In this document: piece after piece, positions 1 through 6,820 of the stretch
How the letters are laid out: each line of letters begins with the position of its first letter
Numbering within the stretch: the stretch's first letter is position 1
DNA from: Escherichia phage EmilieLinder_Bas103
Sequence record: PQ850602.1
Length of the DNA: 40,176 bases
Strand: one strand, 5' to 3'
Position numbers and translations under genes: made by a program
Notes under the pieces: model-generated
The model's database searches: none
What the model saw: only the letters and a program-made list of their open reading frames with translations
Told to the model about the DNA's origin: nothing

Positions 1-204
1 ATGCTGTCTTTAGATTTTAACAACGAGGTAGTGAAGGCTGCTCCGATTGTAGGGACTGGTGTAGCAGATGGTGCTGCCAGACTATTTTGGGGGCTTTCAT
101 TAAACGAGTGGTTCTATATTGCTGCTATCGCCTACACAGTGGTTCAGATTGGTGCCAAGGTAGTCGATAAGATGATTGACTGGAAGAGAGCAAATAAGGA
201 GTGA
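1..204 (+). CDS. 17.5: Holin (T7 gp17.5-like, class II holin)
   Basis: 67-aa ORF with hydrophobic segments; near-identical to T7 gp17.5 from memory; stop TGA 202-204; RBS aggagg lies at window end (circular permutation). Confidence 0.9.
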   Translation: MLSLDFNNEVVKAAPIVGTGVADGAARLFWGLSLNEWFYIAAIAYTVVQIGAKVVDKMIDWKRANKE

Positions 205-209
205 TACGT

Positions 210-479
210 ATGGAAAAGGATAAGAGCCTTATTACATTCTTAGAGATGTTGGACACTGCGATGGCTCAGCGTATGCTTGCGGACCTTTCGGACCCTGAGC
301 GCCGCTCTCCGCAACTCTATAACGCCATCAACAAACTGTTAGACCGCCACAAGTTCCAGATTGGTAAGTTGCAGCCGGATGTTCACATCTTGGGTGGCCT
401 TGCTGGTGCTCTTGAAGAGTACAAAGAGAAAGTCGGTGATAACGGTCTTACGGATGACGATATTTACACTTTACAGTGA
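210..479 (+). CDS. 18: Terminase small subunit / DNA maturation protein A (gp18)
   Basis: 89-aa ORF starting MEKDKSLITFLEML at ATG 210 (ORF track starts at upstream GTG 201); matches T7 gp18. Confidence 0.9.
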   Translation: MEKDKSLITFLEMLDTAMAQRMLADLSDPERRSPQLYNAINKLLDRHKFQIGKLQPDVHILGGLAGALEEYKEKVGDNGLTDDDIYTLQ

Positions 480-481
480 TA

Positions 482-545
482 TACTCAAGGCCACTACCTA
501 TAGTGGTCTTTATGGATGTCATTGTCTATACGAGATGCTCCTACG
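482..545 (+). promoter_or_regulatory. RNase III processing hairpin R18.5
   Basis: Imperfect hairpin ACTCAAGGCCACTACCTATAGTGGTCTTTATGGATG typical of T7 RNase III sites; position between genes 18 and 18.5. Confidence 0.5.
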
Positions 546-573
546 TGAAATCTGAAAGTTAACGGGAGGCATT

Positions 574-1017
574 ATGCTGCAATTTTTACGTAAGCTAATC
601 CCTTGGGTTCTCGCTGGGATGCTATTCGGGTTAGGATGGCATCTAGGGTCAGACTCAATGGACGCTAAATGGAAACAGGAGGTACACAATGAGTACGTTA
701 AGAGAGTTGAGGCTACGGCGAGCACTCAAAGAGCAATCAATGAAATATCGGCTAAGTATCAAGAAGACCTTGCCGCGCTGGAAGGGAGCACTGATAGGAT
801 TATTTCTGATTTGCGTAGCGACAATAAGCGGTTGCGCGTCAGAGTCAAAACTACCGGAGCCTCCGATGGTCAGTGTGGATTCGAGCCTGATGGTCGAGCC
901 GAACTTGACGACCGAGATGCTAAGCGTATTCTCGCAGTGACCCAGAGGGGCGACGCATGGATTCGTGCGTTACAGGATACTATTCGTGAACTGCAACATA
1001 AGCAGGAAATCAAGTAA
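574..1017 (+). CDS. 18.5: Inner-membrane spanin / Rz-like lysis protein (gp18.5)
   Basis: 147-aa ORF with N-terminal TM segment and coiled-coil; matches T7 gp18.5. Confidence 0.9.
   Translation: MLQFLRKLIPWVLAGMLFGLGWHLGSDSMDAKWKQEVHNEYVKRVEATASTQRAINEISAKYQEDLAALEGSTDRIISDLRSDNKRLRVRVKTTGASDGQCGFEPDGRAELDDRDAKRILAVTQRGDAWIRALQDTIRELQHKQEIK
689..940 (+). CDS. 18.7: Outer-membrane spanin / Rz1-like lipoprotein (gp18.7), embedded in 18.5 in another frame
   Basis: 83-aa ORF fully inside 18.5 in +1 frame; lipobox-like ...ATISGC followed by Pro-rich region; T7 gp18.7 is 83 aa. Confidence 0.75.
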   Translation: MSTLRELRLRRALKEQSMKYRLSIKKTLPRWKGALIGLFLICVATISGCASESKLPEPPMVSVDSSLMVEPNLTTEMLSVFSQ

Positions 1018-1026
1018 GGAGGCAAC

Positions 1027-2787
1027 GTGTCTACTCAAGCCAATCGTAATGCGCTCGTAGTGGCGCAACTGAAAGGAGACTTCGTGGCGTTCCTGTTCGT
1101 CTTATGGAAGGCGTTAAACCTTCCGGTGCCAACTAAGTGTCAGATTGACATGGCTAAGGTACTGGCGAATGGAGAAAACAAGAAGTTTATCCTACAGGCT
1201 TTCCGTGGTATCGGTAAGTCATTCATCACATGTGCGTTCGTTGTGTGGTCCTTATGGAGAGACCCTCAGTTGAAGATACTTATCGTATCAGCCTCTAAGG
1301 AACGTGCAGACGCTAACTCCATCTTCATTAAGAACATCATTGACCTTCTACCGTTCCTAGCTGAGTTAAAGCCAAGACCCGGACAGCGTGATTCTGTAAT
1401 CAGCTTTGACGTTGGCCCAGCTAAACCTGACCACTCTCCTAGTGTTAAATCGGTGGGTATCACTGGTCAGTTAACTGGTAGCCGTGCTGACATTATCATT
1501 GCGGATGACGTTGAGATTCCGTCGAATAGTGCAACTATGGGTGCCCGTGAGAAGCTATGGACTCTGGTTCAGGAGTTCGCTGCGTTACTTAAACCGCTGC
1601 CTTCCTCTCGCGTTATCTACCTTGGTACACCTCAGACCGAGATGACTCTCTATAAGGAACTTGAGGATAACCGTGGGTACACCACTATCATCTGGCCTGC
1701 TCTGTACCCAAGGACGCGTGAAGAGAACCTCTATTACGCACAGCGTCTTGCTCCTATGTTACGCGCTGAGTACGATGAGAACCCTGAGGCACTCGCTGGG
1801 ACTCCTACGGACCCTGTGCGCTTTGACCGTGATGACCTGCGTGAGCGTGAGTTGGAATACGGTAAGGCTGGCTTCACACTACAGTTCATGCTTAACCCGA
1901 ACCTGAGTGATGCCGAGAAGTACCCTCTGAGGCTCCGTGACGCTATCGTAGCGGCCTTAGACTTAGAGAAGGCCCCAATGCATTACCAGTGGCTTCCGAA
2001 CCGTCAGAACATCATTGAGGACCTTCCTAACGTGGGTCTTAAAGGTGATGACCTGCATACCTATCATGATTGTTCCAACAACTCAGGTCAGTATCAACAG
2101 AAGATTCTGGTCATTGACCCTAGTGGTCGCGGTAAGGACGAAACAGGTTACGCTGTGCTGTACACCTTGAACGGTTACATCTACCTTATGGAAGCTGGAG
2201 GTTTCCGTGATGGCTACTCCGATAAGACCCTTGAGTTGCTCGCTAAGAAAGCGAAGCAATGGGGAGTCCAGACGGTTGTCTATGAGAGTAACTTCGGTGA
2301 TGGTATGTTCGGTAAGGTATTCAGTCCTATCCTTCTTAAACACCACAACTGTGCGATGGAAGAGATTCGTGCTCGTGGTATGAAGGAGATGCGTATTTGT
2401 GATACCCTTGAGCCAGTCATGCAGACTCACCGCCTTGTCATTCGTGATGAGGTCATTAGGGCCGACTATCAGTCCGCTCGTGATGTAGACGGTAAGCATG
2501 ACATTAAGTATTCACTGTTCTACCAGATGACCCGTATCACCCGTGATAAAGGCGCTCTGGCTCACGATGACCGATTAGATGCCCTTGCGTTAGGCGTTGA
2601 GTATCTCCGTGAGTCCATGCAGTTGGATTCCATTAAGGTCGAAGGTGAAGTGCTTGCTGACTTCCTTGAGGAGCACATGATGCGTCCTACAGTGTCTGCC
2701 ACGCACATCATTGAGATGTCTGTGGGAGGGGTTGATGTGTACTCTGAGGACGATGAGGGTTACGGTACGTCTTTCATTGAGTGGTGA
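1027..2787 (+). CDS. 19: Terminase large subunit / DNA maturation protein B (gp19)
   Basis: 586-aa ORF, GTG start after RBS taaggagg; Walker-type ATPase and nuclease regions; near-identical to T7 gp19 (586 aa). Confidence 0.95.
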   Translation: MSTQANRNALVVAQLKGDFVAFLFVLWKALNLPVPTKCQIDMAKVLANGENKKFILQAFRGIGKSFITCAFVVWSLWRDPQLKILIVSASKERADANSIFIKNIIDLLPFLAELKPRPGQRDSVISFDVGPAKPDHSPSVKSVGITGQLTGSRADIIIADDVEIPSNSATMGAREKLWTLVQEFAALLKPLPSSRVIYLGTPQTEMTLYKELEDNRGYTTIIWPALYPRTREENLYYAQRLAPMLRAEYDENPEALAGTPTDPVRFDRDDLRERELEYGKAGFTLQFMLNPNLSDAEKYPLRLRDAIVAALDLEKAPMHYQWLPNRQNIIEDLPNVGLKGDDLHTYHDCSNNSGQYQQKILVIDPSGRGKDETGYAVLYTLNGYIYLMEAGGFRDGYSDKTLELLAKKAKQWGVQTVVYESNFGDGMFGKVFSPILLKHHNCAMEEIRARGMKEMRICDTLEPVMQTHRLVIRDEVIRADYQSARDVDGKHDIKYSLFYQMTRITRDKGALAHDDRLDALALGVEYLRESMQLDSIKVEGEVLADFLEEHMMRPTVSATHIIEMSVGGVDVYSEDDEGYGTSFIEW

Positions 2788-2866
2788 TTTATGCAGTAGG
2801 ATTGCATAGGGATTCATTAGAGACCACGGAAGGTCGATTTTTAAGTTATTGAATATAAAGAGAAAT

Positions 2867-2889
2867 CAATTCGACTCACTATAGGGAGA
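2867..2889 (+). promoter_or_regulatory. T7 RNAP promoter phiOR
   Basis: CAATTCGACTCACTATAGGGAGA, close match to 23-bp T7 promoter consensus; +1 G about 2884; upstream of gene 19.5. Confidence 0.8.
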
Positions 2890-3043
2890 GGAGGGACGAA
2901 AGGTTACTATATAGATACTGAATGAATACGTATAGAGTGCATAAAGTATGCATAGTAGTGTACCTAAAGTGACCTCTAAGAATGGTGATTATATTATATT
3001 AATATCACCTTAACTTAAAGACCAACATAAAGGGAGGAGACTA

Positions 3044-3193
3044 ATGTTCCGCTTATTGTTGAACCTATTGCGGCATAGAGTCACCTACCGCTTTCTTATG
3101 GTACTTTGTGCTGCCATTGGGTACGCATCGCTTACTGGAGACCTCAGTTCACTGGAGTCTACCGTTTGCTCTTTACTCACTTGTAGCGATTAG
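3044..3193 (+). CDS. 19.5: gp19.5-like small protein
   Basis: 49-aa ORF MFRLLLNLLRHRVTYRF... with RBS agggaggag; absent from ORF track (<60 aa); matches T7 gp19.5 from memory. Confidence 0.7.
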   Translation: MFRLLLNLLRHRVTYRFLMVLCAAIGYASLTGDLSSLESTVCSLLTCSD

Positions 3194-3432
3194 GGTCTTC
3201 CTGACCGACTGATGGCTCACCGAGGGATTCAGCGGTATGATTGCATCACACCACTTCATCCCTATAGAGTCAAGTCCTAAGGTATACCCATAAAGAGCCT
3301 CTAATGGTCTATCCTAAGGTCTATACCTAAAGATAGGCCATCCTATCAGTGTCACCTAAAGAGGGCCTTAGAGAGGGCCTAAGGAGTCCCTAGAGGGTCC
3401 TTTAAAATATACCATAAAAATCTGAGTGACTA

Positions 3433-3591
3433 TCTCACAGTGTACGGACCCAAAGTTCCCCCATAGGGGTCCCTAAAGCCCAGCCAATCACCTTGAGTCA
3501 ACTTTCAGTTGACTTTGAGGGTCCCTAAGGGTTGGGGTTGGTCCTTTGGGTTTGTCTTTGAGTGTTGCTTTGAGTGTCTCTTTGTGTCCCT
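3433..3591 (+). repeat. Terminal repeat (single copy, as at a concatemer junction); mature genome ends predicted here
   Basis: Begins TCTCACAGTGTACGGACC and ends ...GTGTCTCTTTGTGTCCCT, matching T7 160-bp direct terminal repeat from memory; only one copy in window, so repetition is inferred. Confidence 0.6.
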
Positions 3592-3602
3592 ATCTGTTAC
3601 AA

Positions 3603-3732
3603 CCTCCTAAAGTCACCTCCTAAAGTCACCTCCTAAAGTCACCTCCTAAAGTCACCTCCTAAAGTCACCTCCTAAAGTCACCTCCTAAAGTCACCTCCTA
3701 AAGTCACCTCCTAAAGTCACCTCCTAAAGTCA
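3603..3732 (+). repeat. Perfect tandem array: 10 x 13-bp unit CCTCCTAAAGTCA
   Basis: Directly counted 10 identical head-to-tail 13-bp units immediately right of the terminal repeat; T7 has irregular CCTAAAG-containing repeats here. Confidence 0.95.
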
Positions 3733-3893
3733 TTCCTACCGTCTACAGCCTAAAGCCTAAACCTAAAGACCCATCAAGTCAACGCCTATCTTAAAGTATC
3801 CTCTAAAGACCAGCCTAAAGCCTATCCCTAAAGCCTATCCTATAGATGCCCTGTTGTTGCCTATAAAGAGATAATCTTCAATCATTGTCTTTC

Positions 3894-3916
3894 TAATACG
3901 ACTCACTATAGAGAGA
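3894..3916 (+). promoter_or_regulatory. T7 RNAP promoter phiOL (variant, GAG at +1..+3)
   Basis: TAATACGACTCACTATAGAGAGA; one change from consensus in the initiating region. Confidence 0.7.
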
Positions 3917-3979
3917 CAGACAGAGAGAGACTACTTAAAGAGCCTTAAAGAGAGAAATTAAAGTTTTTAAAAAAGAGTA

Positions 3980-4008
3980 TTGACTTAAAGGGTCATAGGG
4001 TTTACTAT
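3980..4008 (+). promoter_or_regulatory. Host sigma70 early promoter A1
   Basis: -35 TTGACT, 17-bp spacer, -10 TACTAT; upstream AAAAAGAGTA A-tract; corresponds to T7 A1. Confidence 0.75.
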
Positions 4009-4105
4009 TCATCTCGTCAACGGGACAACGGCCCAAAGCCACTCCCTGAGATACCGGAGTCAACCGGATAAGTAGGCAGCCTGTAAGCCATACGAAAAAC
4101 AGGCA

Positions 4106-4135
4106 TTGACAACATGCAGTAACATGCAGTAAGAT
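4106..4135 (+). promoter_or_regulatory. Host sigma70 early promoter A2
   Basis: -35 TTGACA, 18-bp spacer, -10 TAAGAT; corresponds to T7 A2. Confidence 0.7.
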
Positions 4136-4213
4136 ACACAGCGTCAATCGGTAGCACACGGTGTCTTCTAGGTGACTTAAGCGCACCACGGCACATAAGG
4201 TGAAACAAAATGG

Positions 4214-4242
4214 TTGACAACATGAAGTAAACACGGTACGAT
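4214..4242 (+). promoter_or_regulatory. Host sigma70 early promoter A3
   Basis: -35 TTGACA, 17-bp spacer, -10 TACGAT; corresponds to T7 A3. Confidence 0.75.
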
Positions 4243-4335
4243 GTACCACATGAAACGACAGTGAGTCACCACACTGAAAGGTGATGCGGTCTAACGAAAC
4301 CTGACCAAAGACGCTCTTTAACAATCTGGTAAATA

Positions 4336-4398
4336 GCTCTTGAGTGCATGACTAGCGGATAACTCAAGGGTATCGCAAGATGCCCTTTATGATATCCA
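4336..4398 (+). promoter_or_regulatory. RNase III processing hairpin R0.3
   Basis: Hairpin ...ACTCAAGGGTATCGCAAGATGCCCTTTATGAT... upstream of gene 0.3, as in T7. Confidence 0.5.
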
Positions 4399-4424
4399 CT
4401 AACAACACTATGAGGTAACACAAG

Positions 4425-4772
4425 ATGGCTATGTCTAACATGACTTACAAAAACGTTTTCGGCCACGCTTACGAAATGCTGAAAGAAAACATCCGTTATG
4501 ATGACATCCGCGACACTGATGACCTGCACGATGCTATTCACATGGCTGCCGATAGCGCCGTTCCGCACTACTACAGCGACATTTTCAGCGTAATGGCAAG
4601 TGAAGGCATTGACCTTGAGTTCGAAGACTCTGGTCTTATGCCGGACACCAAGGACGTGACCCGCATTCTACAGGCTCGCATCTATGAGCAACTCACACTC
4701 GACCTCTGGGAAGACGCTGAGGACTTACTGAACGAGTACCTTGAGGAAGTCGAGGAAGAGGAAGAAGAGTAA
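4425..4772 (+). CDS. 0.3: Ocr, DNA-mimic anti-restriction protein (gp0.3)
   Basis: 115-aa highly acidic [25 protein letters not shown]..., near-identical to T7 Ocr; first early gene after A1-A3. Confidence 0.95.
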   Translation: MAMSNMTYKNVFGHAYEMLKENIRYDDIRDTDDLHDAIHMAADSAVPHYYSDIFSVMASEGIDLEFEDSGLMPDTKDVTRILQARIYEQLTLDLWEDAEDLLNEYLEEVEEEEEE

Positions 4773-4924
4773 TGACTAATAGCACGCAATACGGTCTGAC
4801 CGCTCAAACTGTGCTGTTCTATAGTGACATGGTGCGCTGCGGGTTTGATTGGTCGCTCGCAATGGCACACCTTAAGGAACTGTACGAAAACAACAAGGCA
4901 ATAGCTTTGGAATCTGCTGAGTGA
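4772..4924 (+). CDS. 0.4: gp0.4-like small early protein (T7 gp0.4 is reported to inhibit FtsZ)
   Basis: 50-aa [35 protein letters not shown]..., start overlaps 0.3 stop (TAATG); matches T7 gp0.4; absent from ORF track (<60 aa). Confidence 0.8.
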   Translation: MTNSTQYGLTAQTVLFYSDMVRCGFDWSLAMAHLKELYENNKAIALESAE

Positions 4925-4967
4925 TAGACTAAAGGTCGCTCCTAGCGAGTGGCCTTTATGATTATCA
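4921..4967 (+). promoter_or_regulatory. RNase III hairpin R0.5, copy 1 of a 47-bp direct repeat
   Basis: GTGATAGACTAAAGGTCGCTCCTAGCGAGTGGCCTTTATGATTATCA; stem GTCGCTC/GAGTGGC; repeated at 5227-5273. Confidence 0.6.
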
Positions 4968-4992
4968 CTTAACTTGCAATAGGACTAACATC

Positions 4993-5193
4993 ATGAGTAA
5001 ACTTCTGGCAACCTCTAAAATCAAAGGCCAATGCACTGTAACACTGCGCGAGTATGAGCACGGGGCAATGGGGAGCACCTATGTTGTTCGGTACGGTAAA
5101 CAGGTCACGCATTGGGTAAACCTTGTTTTGGCGCAAGAAGAGTATCAAGCCTGTGTGATACACCAAGCAACATGTGCAGGCTGGAATGATTGA
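4993..5193 (+). CDS. Hypothetical early protein (66 aa), cassette ORF between duplicated RNase III sites
   Basis: ORF with RBS (agga) 8 nt upstream; Cys-containing soluble protein MSKLLATSKIKGQCTV...; no resemblance to T7 proteins I can recall. Confidence 0.6.
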   Translation: MSKLLATSKIKGQCTVTLREYEHGAMGSTYVVRYGKQVTHWVNLVLAQEEYQACVIHQATCAGWND

Positions 5194-5226
5194 CACGCAC
5201 TGGACAATAGACTTCGAGTCTACCCA

Positions 5227-5273
5227 GTGATAAACTCAAGGTCGCTCCTAGCGAGTGGCCTTTATGATTATCA
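5227..5273 (+). promoter_or_regulatory. RNase III hairpin R0.5, copy 2 of the 47-bp direct repeat
   Basis: GTGATAAACTCAAGGTCGCTCCTAGCGAGTGGCCTTTATGATTATCA; 45/47 identical to copy at 4921-4967, 306 bp downstream of it. Confidence 0.6.
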
Positions 5274-5292
5274 TTCTATGAGGATTAAACGC

Positions 5293-5463
5293 ATGACGAC
5301 TGGAATCTTTATGGCAACCGTTGCAGTATTCGTAGCGATGGGATGGCGTAGCACCGCGTTGGAGCGCTCAAAGTTCCTTAAGCAACGTGATGCACTACTA
5401 GAGAAGTTTGACTCTGAGGGGCGCGGTCAGGAAGCTCTGGAGGCAATAAAGTGCTATCGCTAA
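5293..5463 (+). CDS. Hypothetical small membrane protein (56 aa), positional analog of T7 gene 0.5
   Basis: ATG with RBS gagga; one predicted TM helix (GIFMATVAVFVAMGW) then charged tail; sequence unlike T7 gp0.5 from memory. Confidence 0.55.
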   Translation: MTTGIFMATVAVFVAMGWRSTALERSKFLKQRDALLEKFDSEGRGQEALEAIKCYR

Positions 5464-5648
5464 TTATCATCACTGGTTACGCTCTAATCCTATACGTGTT
5501 CCTTAGAGACTTCCGCAAGGGTATAAAGGTTCACAAAGCAACGCTAAGTTACTTTAAATACGGATTCCTACCACGGTTTACGGTACGTGAACACAACGGG
5601 CGCTTTAAGGCGAACAAAGTAGGCATCTTTTACGTAGCAACTCATTAA
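5451..5648 (+). CDS. Hypothetical small membrane protein (65 aa), positional analog of T7 gene 0.6
   Basis: GTG start 6 nt after GGAGG, overlapping the previous ORF end; N-terminal TM segment [17 protein letters not shown] then basic tail. Confidence 0.45.
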   Translation: MLSLIIITGYALILYVFLRDFRKGIKVHKATLSYFKYGFLPRFTVREHNGRFKANKVGIFYVATH

Positions 5649-5670
5649 TCACACTTGGAGAATACATAAA

Positions 5671-6750
5671 GTGAACATCACCGACATCATGAACGCTATC
5701 GACGCAATCAAAGCACTGCCAATCTGTGAACTTGACAAGCGCCAAGGTATGCTCATCGACTTACTGGTAGAGATGGTCAACAGCGAAACATGCGATGGAG
5801 AGCTAACCGAACTGAATCAGGCACTTGAGTTTCAAGACTGGTGGACTACCTTGAAGTGTCTCACGGCTGACGCAGGGTTCAAGATGCTCGGTAATGGTCA
5901 CTTCTCGGCTGCTTATAGCCACCCGCTGCTGCCTAACAGAGTGATTAAGGTGGGCTTTAAGAAAGAGGATTCAGGCGCAGCATACACCGCATTCTGCCGC
6001 ATGTATCAGGGCCGTGCCGGTATCCCTAACGTCTACGATGTACAGCGTCACGCTGGATGCTATACGGTTGTACTCGATGCACTGAATGATTGTGAGCGTT
6101 TCAACAATGATGAACATTATAAATACGCTGAGATTGCAAGCGACATCATTGACTACAAATCAGATGAGCACGATGAGCTAACTGGGTGGGATGGCGAGTT
6201 CGTTGAGACTTGCAAGCTAATCCGCAAGTTCTTTGAGGGTATCGCTTCGTTCGACATGCACAGTGGGAACATCATGTTCGATGATAATGATGTACCATAC
6301 ATTACCGACCCTGTATCGTTCTCACAGAAGAAAGACGGTGGCTCGTTCAGTATTGACCCTGAGGAACTCATCAAGGAAGTCGAGGAGGTCGCACGTCAGA
6401 AGGAAATTGACCGCGCTAAGGAACGTAAAGCACGTCATGTGGGTCGATTGGAGGCACGCAGATTCAAACGTCGCAACCGCAAGGCACGTAAAGTACACCA
6501 AGCGAAGCACAAGCGAATGGTCGCTGCGTGGCGAATGGCTGAACGTCAAGAACGACGTAACCATGAGAGAGCTGTAGATGTACTAGGAAGAACCGATAAC
6601 GCTATGCTCTGGGTCAACATGTTCGCTGGGGACTTTAAGGCGCTTGAGGAACGAATCGCAGCGCACTGGTGTAAAGCTGACCGAATGGCTATCGCTAATG
6701 GTCTTCCGCTTAACATCGACAAGAAACTTGACGCAATGCTAATGGGCTGA
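5671..6750 (+). CDS. 0.7: Ser/Thr protein kinase / host transcription shutoff protein (gp0.7)
   Basis: 359-aa ORF, GTG start; near-identical to T7 gp0.7 including the basic C-terminal region. Confidence 0.95.
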   Translation: MNITDIMNAIDAIKALPICELDKRQGMLIDLLVEMVNSETCDGELTELNQALEFQDWWTTLKCLTADAGFKMLGNGHFSAAYSHPLLPNRVIKVGFKKEDSGAAYTAFCRMYQGRAGIPNVYDVQRHAGCYTVVLDALNDCERFNNDEHYKYAEIASDIIDYKSDEHDELTGWDGEFVETCKLIRKFFEGIASFDMHSGNIMFDDNDVPYITDPVSFSQKKDGGSFSIDPEELIKEVEEVARQKEIDRAKERKARHVGRLEARRFKRRNRKARKVHQAKHKRMVAAWRMAERQERRNHERAVDVLGRTDNAMLWVNMFAGDFKALEERIAAHWCKADRMAIANGLPLNIDKKLDAMLMG

Positions 6751-6805
6751 TAGTCTTATCTTACAGGTCATCTGCGGGTGGCCTGAATAGATACGATTCA
6801 CTAAC
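6751..6805 (+). promoter_or_regulatory. RNase III processing hairpin R1
   Basis: Hairpin TCTTATCTTACAGGTCATCTGCGGGTGGCCTGAATAGATACGA upstream of gene 1, as in T7. Confidence 0.5.
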
Positions 6806-6820
6806 CGGAAGAGGCACTAA

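Noticed and set aside
361-555. 64-aa plus-strand ORF overlapping gene 18 end and the R18.5 hairpin
   Set aside because: Alternate-frame ORF inside gene 18 without RBS; the region is accounted for by gene 18 and the RNase III site.
3603-3732. Possible CRISPR array
   Set aside because: Units are contiguous 13-bp repeats with no spacers, far shorter than CRISPR repeats, and there are no cas genes; it is a simple tandem repeat.
4921-5273. Insertion sequence or transposon bounded by the 47-bp repeats
   Set aside because: The repeats are direct, not inverted, correspond to a known phage RNA-processing hairpin, and the enclosed ORF has no transposase features; homologous recombination at the hairpin is more plausible.
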